A stretch of DNA of 63,818 nt, filler included, from Reticulomyxa filosa (lineage: Eukaryota; Protista; Foraminifera), in NCBI GenBank assembly GCA_000512085.1. It is 13 parts of 13 records of this genome, joined end to end, with 100 filler letters (N's around TTAATTAATTAA, not from the genome) between each part and the next. Parts side by side here need not be neighbours in the genome. Positions count along the whole stretch, not along the records: positions 48,891 to 55,114 come from ASPP01000350.1; positions 55,215 to 56,559 come from ASPP01020292.1; positions 56,660 to 63,818 come from ASPP01026628.1; 10 more parts are not named here. One strand, given 5' to 3'. The notes beneath the pieces are model-generated. The model worked only from the letters and a program-made list of their open reading frames with translations. It ran no database searches and had not been told where the DNA came from. Positions 51,132 through 63,818 of this stretch are shown one piece after another; positions within the stretch are counted from its first letter, which is position 1, and every line of letters begins with the position of its first letter. The translations under genes and the position numbers were made by a program.

Positions 51132-54100
51132 TTAAGGCCGGAAAAATACTTCTCCATAAAATTCGATTCCACTGCAAGCCAAATACTTTTTTGTACATCC
51201 CCACATACACACCACGGTTTATTATTTGAAGAGAAAACAAGCAAAAGAAAACAAACATACCCAATGATTGTTAGAATTTTTATCAAATTGGCGAATTCTG
51301 AATGCACGATATCTCTTTTCTTTGGCGTCAACTTGCCATGTATGAGTCGCTCCTTTGCCATAAAGAGATTTATCATTGGTATGGGTGTGAATAATTCTAA
51401 ATTTTTTCAAGTCATTAGTACCCTCCAAATACCAATTTCTCAAGCATTCCGTATCCCAAGTGTCATAATGCCGTATAGTATAGTGAGTCAAGCGGACATA
51501 AATGGATCGGAAATCAACCATGAACCAATTGTTCTTTTCAGCCATGCAAACACATCTCTTGATTTCATGCCCACAAATGACAGAGGCAGGCACACTATCT
51601 TTTGCTAATCGAGAGGAAGTCACTGTTACTACGCCAGTCTCTGCAGGATTACGCCATGGTGCCGTTCTCCAATCCGTTGCTAAAAAGTGCAATATTCCAT
51701 TTTCGTCAAAATCTTTCGCATAATAAAATGGATATCCATTTCCTCCAGACAAATCTGTTGTGTCCCATCAAAAAAAAAAAGTCCATTGCAAATAAAAATT
51801 AAAAAAAAAAAGAGCACGATAATAAATTATTTCGTGTAAGAAAGTATAAAATTCACAAACGATGAATGAGTCGTTGTTTTTCTTGTCTGGCCATTTCTCG
51901 CAGGAAAGCCATGTCTTGATCTTCATCTCCGCCTTGTGTTGTTTGTGTTTCCACTTTTGTGACTTGGGTATTTTGCTGTTGTTGCTCTTCGTTGCTGCTG
52001 CTGTTGTTGTCCCATGGAACTTCTCCGGTCAATGAGCAGTCAAATTGCAAAGCTTGTTGTTTTTCTTTTTCCCCCAATTTTGCCAATGTTTTTGAGTCAA
52101 GTTGTTTAGGTTGTGGATAACCGATCTGGAAAACGTCACCATAAACGTCGAAACCACTCAATGAGTTGTATAAGTGGTTATTACTGTTAAATCCAGTTTG
52201 GCGAATACGGAATACTCGATAACGAGCGCCTTTCGAGCGTAGTTCCCATGTTGCTACAGCACCTTTGTGATTTAATGAAGCATCTTCTTTGTGCGTGCGC
52301 AATGTTACCCAACTATTACCATCGAAGGATGCTTCTAATACCCAGTTGCGCAATGCCTCCGTATCCCAAGATATGTAATGTCGCAAGGAATAGTGAGTTG
52401 GTGTCACATAAAGATTTTTAAAATCTACGGTGAACCAGGAATTTTCCAATGGCTGTGTCACACAACGCACAGAGATGCGTCCACACAATGCATGTGCTGG
52501 TTCTGAGTCTCTCATCAATGTCGAGGCATCACAGCGAACCCATCCTTTTGATCCCGGGTTAACCCAACTTGATGTGCCTCCTCGAGTGCCTACCCAATAC
52601 ACGACTCCATTCTTGTCATTGTTTTCTTGGAATTGGCATTTGCGGACAAATCTTAAATCTAATCACACACACATGTGCACATTATATTATCTCAATAAAT
52701 AATTCACAGTTCCTTGAAAAAAAAAAAAAAAAGTATGAATTTCTTCAATAATTTTTACTCAACTCTTCCAAATGCCCTCAGCCTCGGTTTTATTCAATAC
52801 GGTTTGCAAAGCGTCAAACTTAGTCAAGTATAATTGACCGTAAAATTCAATTCCGGAACATGCCAAATATTTATGTTTATTGGAGTTCAAACCGGTTTGT
52901 TTGATTCGCCAGATGCGATATGCTCCTCTTCCTTGTACTGGCCAGGTGTGCGATGCTCCTTTTTCATTCAATCCTTGATCATCTTCGTGTTTCTTAACTG
53001 TAACCCAATGAACGCCGTCGTTGGATGCTTGCAAAATCCAATTTCTCAAACATTCCGTATCCCATGATGAGTAATGTCGCAATGTGTAATATGATGGTTG
53101 AATCAATTTGTCTTTGAAATCGACTTGCATCCAAGCGTTGTCTTCTGCCTTGGTCACCAAACGCACTGTATCTCGACCAACCAAAAAATGTAAAGGATCA
53201 CTATCTTTGACCAAGGAGGATGCAGCCAAAGCAACTTCATCACTCAATGCAGGATTTTCCCATTCTTTCTGTCCACCTCGTGTCGCCAAGTACCACAAAA
53301 TACCATTGTCATCAAAGTCTTGATCATAAGTGAAATGATAAACACCTTGTTGGCCATTATCCATCATTTGACAGAATTTTACTAAGGAAAGTTTCTTCAT
53401 CTTTTGTTGTTCATTGAATGCTTTCATAAAGTTTTCTTCAATGTCAGACGAGTCAGTTTCTTTGTATAATGTGCCATAGACCTCAAAACCACTGCAAGCC
53501 AAAAAGTAATGATTGTTGTTATTAGGTCCCGTTTGTTTGATTCGGAAACGTCGAAAAGCACATCCATAGTCATGCAATGCCCATGTGAAAGCTTGTCCTC
53601 TTGCATTAAGTCCTTGATCGTTGTTGTGCTGTCGCAACACGAGCCACTTTTCTCCATCTAAAGATCCTTCAATCACCCAATTTCTCAAACATTCGGTATC
53701 CCATGACACATAATGTCGCAGCGTGTAATGAGAAGGTTTAATGTATTTATCCACAAAATCAACAGAGAACCAACACGACGCTCCTGGTTTCGTCACACAA
53801 CGAACAACTTTTCTGCCAATAAAAGCATCAACGGGCTCAGAGTCAGCTGAGTTGATGATAATCATTCCCAAAGTTCCTGGGTTTTCATATGTTTTGGTTC
53901 CACCACGAGTACCAAAGAAATACAAAATGCCATTTTCGTCCATTGGTTGATTATGAACAAATTTAGTTCCTGATTGTACTTTGGTCATAAATTCACCCAT
54001 AAGGTCTTTTAATCTTGTGCGCATTTCTTGTTCGACTTTTAATTTATTCTTTTTGTTTTCTTCATCTGATTTTTTATCTGCACACAAAGTGCATCCCAAA

Positions 54101-55020
54101 CCAAATTCAAATCCATTTGGAGGGTGTCGAACATGCAAAGGACACGTCTCTGGATCTGCACGTACTTCATATGATTTCTTGTCTTGCTCTTCTAACGTCC
54201 AATTATTCCACGCTGGATCTTTCATCAATTCAATTAAAGCTTTCTTAATACCTGGACATTGCTCATATTCGATCAACGCTTTCTTGTTTTTTCCAGTAGA
54301 ATATGTGGACATTTTATCCCATACTCCAGGTTCATGGCATTCGCGACAAAAGTGTACTTTTCCCCAACAATGGAACACTGACATAGTGCAACAATAGCGG
54401 CATTTATGAGCCAAATATTCTGCTCCGTGTTCTTTACATTCGTCTATTGATTCAATCTTTTGGCATTTGTTGCATATCAAATCTTTCTTTTCAATCTTAT
54501 TATCGTCATCGTCTTGGGCTTTGCATTCTTTCGCTCCTCCAAAGTAAGGTTTTTTGCATTCGAAACACTGGAAAAATGCGTAAATATGATCTGCATAACC
54601 AATTTCATCATTGTAAAATCTTCCTTTTGGGTCAACAACATCTTGATCATTGTGTCGTTCTTCGTAACGTAAACGCTGCAAAGCCATTTGTCTCACTGTG
54701 TTTTCCAATAATCGGATTTCTTCACATTTTTCATTCAATGACTCGTGGTTGATTGGTTCTTTACATAATGGGCAGGTTGCAAATTCAAATGAAATGAATG
54801 GAGTTTGCCAGCTCACATCTAATTTCTTTTTCACACATTCAAAATGAAATGGATGTTTGCAAGATAAAATTATCACAGGAGCTTGACCTAATCCATCTGT
54901 AAAGCAAATACTACAAAATTCTTCCAATGAATATTTCACATCTGCCGGATGGGCTGGACAATCTTTCACTAAACATGGGCAACATATTTCTTCATTTCGT
55001 ACTCCGTTGCATCTGTAATT
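51132..55020 (-). CDS. MYCBP2/PHR-type RING-Cys-Relay E3 module fused to four tandem HECTD1-like discoidin (F5/8C/SUN-like) domains (5' truncated)
   Basis: RING CSICFTDGLGQAPVIILSCKHPFHFEC...CPLC; TC domain YFGGAKEC, CRYCCTMSVFHCWGKVHFCRECH, CPLHVRHPPNGFEFGLGC; four repeats of NG..Y..T...NP...Y.LRHY.SW..E.LRNW...SG...YG. Last exon YLACSGIEFYGEVFFRP* (TAA at 51132-51134). Confidence 0.88.
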
Positions 55021-55214
55021 TGGAAGTGTTTTGAAATAATACATATTTAAAATTTTTTTATTCCATCCATAATCACACAACAACAAAAATTGAAAATTCT
55101 TTTTTTTTTTTTTTNNNNNNNNNNNNNNNNNNNNNNNNNNNNNNNNNNNNNNNNNNNNTTAATTAATTAANNNNNNNNNNNNNNNNNNNNNNNNNNNNNN
55201 NNNNNNNNNNNNNN

Positions 55215-55254
<40 letters not shown>

Positions 55255-56228
55255 ACATTTGTAAAGTGTACATTTATCATTAAACTTATACACAAAACGG
55301 TCTTCATTTTTCGGTTTTTTTCCTTTTTTTTTTTGAAATAAACTGGCGTTTTTGAGCGGAGGATAAACCAATAAACAGAAACATGTCCTCCTTCAAAAAT
55401 AATTATAACTCGATTTCGGAGTACTACAATATTGTGTGTTTTGGTGCTTTTTGGCGTTGTCGTCTTTATTGGCTTTTTTAACGCTTCGGAAGCGGATACA
55501 ATTCATAAATCCGACAAAAACAAAGTCACTTTTTTTTTCTGGTGGTGACAACAAACAAAGTTCATCACTACGAAATACACTTAGAAATGTGTTGACAACG
55601 CAACTGCCTGGCCACACGTTAGCAAAAACAGATGAATGACCAAACGCTTGTAACGGAAGAATTTTTTAGTGTGCTTTTTTTTATTTGTGTAAATTCTTTT
55701 ATTACAAAATTACACTGACTTTGGTGCTAAAGCTTACGAACAAACAACGTATTCACAACAGTTACTGTCAGGGAACTAGAAATTCGTTGTTTTATTTTTT
55801 TTTCGACAAACCGCAGCGAAAAAAGTATTCATTCTTTTACCATGCTTTTGATCTTTATTCCATTGCATTTTTTGGACAAAACGGAGAATACTTTCAGCCA
55901 GAAAGGCCAAGTATCTATGACATGCCAAAATGAAAAAAAAAAAATTGAACTACATCCCCTGTGTGCCCTTTCTGTAAGTCGAAATACAAATCAATCAAGC
56001 AAAACTTGATAGAAGCTTAAAAGCAAATTTGTGTCACTTGAAAGGAAGAGTGAGTTGTGACTGTGAAAAATCCGTTGAAGTAAAGGTGACAAGGGGGCCG
56101 TTAATTTTTTTAGAAAACGAAGCACTTCATGTGTTAATTGTGTTGGCTTTGGATCGTTTTTTTTTTTTGTTGGAAAAAATATATCTTCTAACTTTATTTC
56201 TTTCCCTAAGGAGAAAGAATAGCAAGTG

Positions 56229-56505
56229 ATGATATCAGCATTGTTTGGCAGACGAAAAAAATTTTCAATGGAAAACTTAAAGTTTGTGTGATGTTTGGTG
56301 TACGTGACCTCCAGAAAAAAAGCGACTGTGTGAAAAAAGAAACCAACAACAACAAAAAAAATTGTTGTTATTGCAGATATCAATGTTCAATATTGGAAAA
56401 GAACCCCGTTGTAGACGAAAAGAACAAGCCGCTGATAATAGAAACATTACGTCAAATTGCAGAGCTAATGATTTGGGGAGATCAAAACAATGATAACTTT
56501 TTTTT
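56229..56505 (+). CDS. CLEC16A: CLEC16A/TT9 (FPL-domain) protein, N-terminal exons (truncated by gap)
   Basis: MISALFGRRKNFSMENLK|YQC...LIIETLRQIAELMIWGDQNNDNFF matches the family's N-terminal signature. Confidence 0.8.
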
Positions 56506-57273
56506 GTTTAAAAAAAAATAAAAAAAAAAAAAAAGAAATAAAAATGACAACTAATAAAANNNNNNNNNNNNNNNNNNNNNNNNNNNNNNNNNNNNNNNNN
56601 NNNTTAATTAATTAANNNNNNNNNNNNNNNNNNNNNNNNNNNNNNNNNNNNNNNNNNNNTAATCTTGTGACTTGCATAGACTCCTGAATCGTGTTTTGTG
56701 ATGTAAACGTCAATCAATGAGAATAAACAGATGAGTACCATGGATCTACATCCGTTTTCTTGTTGAAAAATAAACATGTAAAAGCCTTATTGCCTTTTTA
56801 TTTTCAGCTGGTTTTTCTTTCGCGTTTTGTGTTATTGAGGGAAACTTGTGTCTTTTATTGGTTCACCTTGCCATAAAAAGGCTGGTGGTGTGTCGTGTTA
56901 TTAGCAACACACGTGATGACTTTATCGATCATGCAAAAGTAATTCGTTTGATATCTTTTTCATATAATAAACAGTACCACACTTACATTTTTCACATCGA
57001 GCATTTTCCTGCCAAAAAAACCAACTAAACAAAAAACTCGTTTTTATACACAGCAATTGCACAGTACGGGGACAACCTCAACAGAAAGGGGACAAAGCAA
57101 ATTGTCCATTATAATTGCCTCTTCGATGCCAAAAGTGGAAAGGTAGTAATAACCCGAGATAATAAAAGAAAGATTGAAAGCTAACAGACAATATTTTCGT
57201 TGATTGTGTCGTTTTGATTTTTGGACCAGTTTGAGGAATAAAAAGGTCAATAATTTGACTCACTATTTGGAAG

Positions 57274-58619
57274 ATGGCTCAATTATACCACATGAAGACA
57301 ACGGATGAGCTACTATTGTGTGTGGCAATAACCTTTTTATGTTGTATAATGTGTCTGATATTGGGATACACTTACAAAGGTTTTAAAAACAACTCAGAAT
57401 TATTGTCTGAATATAGCATATCAATTCCAGTATTATCTTGTATGATAAGTGCATTGTTATCAAACTATTTGGTTTGTTTGGAATGACGAACGTGTTCCTA
57501 CCCATCTCAGGGACAAGTTGTGGAATTATTTACCCTACAAGTATGTTATTTTTTTATTTGGTGAAATTGTTTATGTACTGGTCATTGATTGGAAGATTGG
57601 AATATATTTTCGAAGATACAGTATATAGTATACGTAGTTGGATGACTCATATTTTCCGTGTTTCTACGTTGCTGTGTATTTTATGTTTGTATTGCATTTG
57701 GATCTATGAAGTATCGGTGGACCTGAGACCTCATGAAACGTCCCACGACTATCAATCCTGTTGGCCATTGTTTGGTAGACATTCCAACTTTACTTTTCAT
57801 GTGTTGGAAATGACGGCCTACAATGACTTGGTTTGGGGAGGTATCTTATCCTTTGTATATTCCTATCAATTGTATCACATTTCGGTTACCGGAGAAGAAG
57901 CCATGGAAACCAGCTACAATTATATGCAACTGCAAGGAAATAGCGATCACACAGTCGCCAAGGGATCTCGGCCAGCATCGACAAGTCTCACAAGCAGTTC
58001 TTGGAAGGAAAGGATTTTGTATCCCAATTTGCAAAATATTCAAATTATTGTGTCCATTCGAAAAACTCTTGTTTTGTCTTTTACAGGCAAGTCCTTTTTT
58101 TTTTTTTTTTTTTTGTCCCTGTTTTTTTCGAGATGCGAATGCAATGGACGAGAGGTGATGTGTCTTTTTTTTTTTTTTTTTTTTGCACAATGAACAGCAA
58201 TTTTTAGCATGGCAGTAATGTACCTGGGAACAACCTACTTCTTACGCCAAATGGGCTTTTTTTATGGTTTGGATGCGACTATAACGTCGCTGTCTTTGAT
58301 GTGCTTGTTCAATTTTAGTGATACTTTGTATGCTCGTACCTTTGGATATTTGGAACGCTTATGCTTGTGCGTTTGCTCTTGCGGGGCATCTTCCTCCTTG
58401 GCTTCGCCGAATCGCTCTTCTAGTACTGCAATGTCCCAACACGTTGCTTTTCGAAACAGCACCGAAGATATTGTTTTTTCTTCTCCTACGTTCTCGCAAA
58501 GCTCTGCTCTGAAAACTCCCATCTCGCAAACTTTTCATCTCAAGGATCCCTCTGTGGAGATTTCTTTGCAAGCTAATAATCTTCCATCACATACTGAAAT
58601 GTCGATCCTTCAGCAATAA
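57274..58619 (+). CDS. Multi-pass (about 7TM, GPCR-like) membrane protein
   Basis: Hydrophobic helices across 57274-58090 and 58209-58380; frame break near 57430-57485; intron ~58087-58208. Confidence 0.6.
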
Positions 58620-59227
58620 CCGACATATGTTTTTATTCACACTTAATCCCGCCTTCATTATAAAATAAAAACAAAATGAAGAAAAAAGAACACAACTTGG
58701 CAGATTGTCTTTTTAGTTAGTCTATCAGTAGAACAAAATATATCTTTTTAACTTTTTCTTACATAAATTGGTGGCATTTTCATATGATAATTTTTATACT
58801 TTTTTCAATCGATTAAAAGTATACAAACAAACCTTTGCAGACAATTTTTTTTAACTGAGAAATTGTTATTTTTATTTGGCAAATACCTTAAAGAAAGGAT
58901 TTAAGGGTAGTATTTTACATATTTTGCAATCGAGTACAACAGAAAACATGTATCATCACAAAAAGTAAAATTTGAACGCCAGTGCCAAGTTGATGATAAA
59001 GAGCAAATTGCAAAATATTTTTATTTTGCTCAATGATGTAAAAACATGAAAATAATTATAATATTTTTGAGTAGATAATGAATAATGATTGACTCAGCCA
59101 AACGTTCCCTTTTTTTTTCTCAAAAAAAAGAAGTTGTTCGGACTTGACGTTGCAACCAGTTTTTTTTCGGAGATCTAAGAAATAAAATAAAAAGATGTTC
59201 TATATTTGGGTAGTAGGGGCTTATACA

Positions 59228-59675
59228 CAGTGACAGGGTTGGGTATCACTGTCTTTGTTTAAGTTTGGAGGTGGGACCTAAAAAGTTAAATAGTGATTGT
59301 AGTACTCTCAGGTGAGGGGTCGCAAGGGTGTGACAGAGGGTATTGCTGTCATTATTGAATTTGATAGGATGGGGTTGGGAGGGTAAATTAATAGTAGTTG
59401 TATTCCCCTGGTGTGGGTGTCACTGGGGTGACAATGGGGATAATACAATTATTACCGGACTTGAAAAAAAAAAAATGGATGATCATGTAAAATAATTGTG
59501 TTGATATCCTCAGGTGAGGGGTCACATGGGTGTGACAGAGGATATTAATATTATTATTGAACTTGACAAGGGAGTGGTTTTATTTTTTCTGGGTAAGGTA
59601 ATGGTAGTGGTATTCCACTAGTGTGGGTGTCACTGGGGTGACAGTGGGATGCCATTGCTGTTATCGGACTTGGAA
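59228..59675. repeat. G-rich degenerate tandem repeat (period ~202 nt; two full copies plus a partial one) with hairpins
   Basis: CTCAGGTGAGGGGTC.CA.GGGTGTGACAGAGG at 59307 and 59509; GTGTGGGTGTCACTGGGGTGACA at ~59411 and ~59621. Confidence 0.8.
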
Positions 59676-59752
59676 GGGTAGTTGTTATATATGTTGGTGG
59701 TTGGGGAGGATATTAGGTTTTGTGATGTTTGTGTCATAGGTAATGTGGATCG

Positions 59753-62407
59753 TTGTGTATCAAATTAGTGGCAAATTTTGTATTGGAGCTCGTTTGGCAA
59801 CAAAAATTCATATCTGAAACTGCCAGCTACGGCAACATGCTCAATTCATTTCTGCCGCGGAGGTATTCGTGGTCGAGCGCCACCTCTGGAGATAGTCACA
59901 CCGGCATTTACAATACCATCGATTCCTTTGGTTCTCATCGCTCGCTCAATGACTCCATCAACATATCGCTTTCGCCAGGATACGATGTGTGCACCAAAAT
60001 TGATTCGGCAAAGATTGCCGCCACACAAATCATTTGTTGGAACGTTCATAAGATTTTCGTTCCGGATATGAGAGAAATACAATCTTTTGGAGCCTTTTGT
60101 TTTGTGACTCTATTTTGATTTAATAAATAAATATCATCTTTGTGTCGTGTACATATGCATTAATATACGCAAGGCAAACGCATGCGCTTTAAATGGCACA
60201 AGGACGTAATGGCTCTACGTGAATCGATGACGAAGAAAAAAAATGGAGGGAGCACGATAGGCACCATAGAATATTCCCACTTGGTGTGGAACTCCAAGGC
60301 CAGATTGACACAGCAGAGTAACTCTCTGAAACGCTTGAACGGAAACGAGGTGCGCAGTCCCGCCGCCGTGCTGCGTCGCTCGACGGTGGACTATCACTCG
60401 GCAATGATCAAAGAAGACCTCAGACAAGAGGAAATGCGCGAGATGGAAGAAGTGATGAAACCAGAGTGTCATTTCCAATCCAACGACGAACACTGGATGG
60501 TCTTGCTTGGAGGGGGCTCCATCTTTTCCCTCAGTCACAATGCCCGGCCCTCTCATCACAATAGCAACCCTACCCAATACACAAATAATCATTACCATGG
60601 CCATGCATCTCACAACGATCTGGGAGATGGATACGACAGCGATGACGACACAAAAAAAGAGGACATTATGTTGTGGACTTTGCCCATACAATTAGTTATC
60701 TTTTTTTTTGTTGTTGTTGTTGTGTTTCAATTTTAAATGTATACGTATGAATAAGATTGTACTTGTCTAACGTATACACATATATACATCACTCTTTCGT
60801 GTTTGGATCGTATTAGAAACTTGAATTTGTCACATTCGAAACGATCAAGCAAGACAAAGGATTGCTGGCAAGTGCAAAAGCGTTGTTGAAAGGATCCAAT
60901 GATCCGATCAAGAGAAATTTGACATCGGCTGAAATACAGAGTTCCATTAAAAGCAAACCCTACGAGCTTTATCCAGTACAAATTTCGATTCAAGATAGTA
61001 GTAGGTTTGTCCTTCTCATACTAACATGTATTCCTTTTTTTTTTATTATTATTCCTCATCACTATCTTTTTTTTAAAAAAAAAAAAAAAAAAGAGCGGTG
61101 GATTTGATTTTAATGGCCCCCGATGGACGCTATGCGGCATTGACGGACTCATTAGGTCGGATATCTATCTTCGATTGCACAAACTTAATTTTACTGCGAG
61201 TATTCAAGGGACATCGCCACGCCCAAATTGGATGGATTTATGTGAACCCAGACGTTGTGGAGCTGACGACGTATGACATTGCACCACGCGATTTGAAAAA
61301 GGAAAAAAAGAAGACAATAGCAACCAAACGTGCAGACGAGCCATCTTCCAACAATGAGAACGCAAACGCCGACAAAGTGTATTAAATGACAAGAACAATG
61401 ACAATAGTAATAACAATAACAGTCCCATAGAAAAACAGAGCCAGACAGAAAAAGAGGAGCCACCAACACCTCTTGCACATACAACTTCCAGTCGCAATGG
61501 ACACCATGGAATAAAAACGGATTCCCTCAACGCCTCTATCCTATCCACAAGTCCATACGAAGGCAATAACGCAACAAATGTCAAAGCGATGAGACCTGCG
61601 TCGTTGAAACACTCGATATCTTCTCCATCTCCACAGAGTGGTGGACATTTGGGCGATCCTTTGTATCCCAAACCGAGAAATAGCAGACCGTCAGCCCTCC
61701 AAGCACAGTCATCGTCGCCAATGATTTCTCGGATGAATGACAGTAATGGTGATGGAAATGCAAATGGAAATGGGAGAATCGAGAAGGAAGGGATAAACAA
61801 AAGAGAAGAAGAAGAAGAAGAAGAAGAAGAAGGAGAAATCATGTTTTGTAATAATCAAAATCGTCAAATACTTAATGATACATCCTATTCCACTCATCGT
61901 CGAAATATTCTCCTCTTGGTCATATATGTTCCCACTCGTGGGTTGCTGGAATTCTATAGTGTTGCTTGCAAAAAAAGATTGCATGCAGTGACCATTTTTC
62001 CAAAGTGCAAATTGATACCTACGTATAATTGGAGCGTGAATCCGCCATGGCCGTACCTATTATTCCAACACGACAATGGAAAATTGTTCAAATTAGTTGT
62101 CAATCCAAAAATACTGCAGATGCCGTATAGTAAGCATAATGAAACCAATATTGTTGCTCCAAAGAAAAACTTTAACGTCAATGAACATTTAAAATATTTG
62201 TCGATTCGACGAAACGAAGAGTGGAAGTATTATTCCAAAAAAATGTTCCGGGTCGTTCGAAATACGTTCATTTGTCACTGCTTTCAGAGCAACACTAACG
62301 TCGCTGCTCTTAATACTGCTTCTCCTTCTTCCAAACACTCTTTTCATACGGCCATAGGAAAGTGGAATTTCCGAAGCACGTTTTCTTTTTTTGTATTCAT
62401 TTTTTAA
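59753..62407 (+). CDS. RAB3GAP2: Rab3 GTPase-activating protein non-catalytic subunit, N-terminal domain protein
   Basis: APDGRYAALTDSLGRISIFD...LRVFKGHRHAQIGWI and LVIYVPTRGLLEFY match RAB3GAP2_N motifs; multi-exon, both ends uncertain. Confidence 0.8.
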
Positions 62408-62703
62408 AAGCTAAATGTGCGAAAAATTATTATTTTGAAATTTTGAAGTATATTTTTTTGAAGAAAATGCAATAAGTTTCGACATCGCCATAACTGATGA
62501 CGAAAATAATAATCATAAACAAAAATATTTCACACTACTGTCGCTTCCAAAACAAATTCACAAGCGGTATTGCACGCTCAAAATAAAAATAAAAAAACAT
62601 AAAAATAGTGTATACAAGGTGTTATGGTTTACTTGAAAAAAAAGGCAAACTGTATTCCTCAGAAAAAACAAAAAATAAAATGTGGATATAGATCTTGTCG
62701 TTC

Positions 62704-63760
62704 TCAAGCTTTCTTCAAAATATCTCTAATTGTCAATTGAATTTTTGTATCTGACGTGGTCAAATATTTTAATACATCTTTATAAAGGGCACAATATTCC
62801 TCAATTTCATTGTTCTTGATCTCTGAAAGATTGTATTCTACTGATACATTCAGCTCTCCATTGAATATCTGTTCCCATCCCACAAAAAAATATATACCAT
62901 TACAAAAAGTTTTTTAGAATATAATTAACGTAACAAAAGCATGGGTCATGGCATCTGTATGACCAACAATGCCATTGGAAAATGCACCAATCACTTTAAT
63001 CTCTTTCACTGTTAGTCCTCCTCCATAATTGCTACGTATTGGATTGGCAGTAATGCCACTGCACATGGTTGTCACAACTGGTAATTGCACATTTGCACCA
63101 GTTTTGTGCATTTCCATTCCATTCACTGCTGCCAGCCACTCAAAGGCACAGCCTGCTGTGATCGTTTCCTGGATGCGATTGTGACAACTCTTGGTCAAAT
63201 CCCATAACAGTGTATCTATTTATATTCATTTTTCAGTTGTTTTCCATTTTTTTTAAAATTAATCTTGACCCTTCAAAAAAAAAAAAAAAAAAATTCTTTT
63301 TTTTGGTATAACCAAGAGAAAGTGACACTTCATAGATTAATGCCGTAGTTCCACAAACACAGTCTTCTTCATTTGCTGGAGGTTGAACGTGACGACTTAT
63401 TTGAAATGGGATTTGTACTCGGACGTTAATTGGCGACGAAATATCATGTTTTGCCAAGTAAAAGGATGCCAATATGCCTGCAACTGATAAAGTACTTTGT
63501 AAAGTGACACCCAGTATTTGACAAGCAGTTTCAAGTAATTTTGTGGACTCCACGTTCAATTTGAACAGTTGAAAGTCCTTTTTTTTGATATTCGATTGCT
63601 TTGTGGAGAAAGCCGTGATGGAGTGTCTTGGATTCATAAATTCGGAATTGAGTTTTGGAATATGGTATTTATTTGGATTGGACCGATAGTTTGTCAAGGC
63701 TCGGTTTACAACGTCTACAAATGGTCGACGACAACGTGCTCTGGAAAAAATATCCAATTT
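62704..63760 (-). CDS. PapA5/alcohol-acyltransferase/condensation-fold protein, C-terminal part
   Basis: STKLLETACQILGVTLQSTLSVA, IPFQISRHV, SNYG and IFNGELNVSVEY resemble the PapA_C lobe; three exons, TGA at 62704-62706. Confidence 0.6.
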
Positions 63761-63818
63761 AAAAGAAAAGAACATCCAAACGTGTCTACAAATGCACATA
63801 CACACACACACACACACA

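Noticed and set aside
8731-56659. TTAATTAATTAA repeated twelve times between N runs
   Set aside because: Artificial gap linker, not a biological repeat or array. Adjacency across these spacers is also unproven.
59228-59675. Telomeric array or telomerase RNA template
   Set aside because: No tandem TTAGGG-like short unit and no identifiable template; kept only as an unexplained repeat.
34003-61440. Several -1 frame breaks (34003, ~57460, ~61377) as evidence of systematic frameshifting or editing
   Set aside because: 34003 is an A13 homopolymer (likely read error), 61377-61438 fits a 62-nt GT-AG intron, and no shared slippery motif is seen.
1-63818. rRNA, tRNA or CRISPR arrays
   Set aside because: None recognised; the sequence is eukaryotic and has no repeat-spacer structure.

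Overview
AT-rich eukaryotic genomic DNA with many short GT-AG introns and the standard genetic code. It is split into 13 pieces by twelve artificial 100-nt spacers (N44-TTAATTAATTAA-N44). Intron style and a characteristic Kelch-like/WD40 family suggest a foraminiferan such as Reticulomyxa filosa (inference). Recognisable genes: CFAP43, an ABHD1/3-type hydrolase, telomerase reverse transcriptase (TERT) with a very long TEN-TRBD linker, a SMARCAL1/ZRANB3 helicase, RsmE, a 7TM-RGS protein, NSE1, a ZnF-UBP USP, a RelA/SpoT-like nucleotidyltransferase, a MYCBP2-type RING-Cys-Relay ligase module fused to four discoidin/SUN-like domains, CLEC16A/FPL, a multi-TM protein, RAB3GAP2 and a PapA5/condensation-like acyltransferase. 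Mobile DNA: a decayed LINE (RT end plus RNase H), a decayed Tc1 transposon with dispersed TIR copies and a palindromic MITE, a solo LTR nested in the Tc1, and a gag-bearing element bounded by two INVERTED LTRs with a 4-bp target duplication. All calls come from reading motifs by eye; no searches were run and exon boundaries are approximate.
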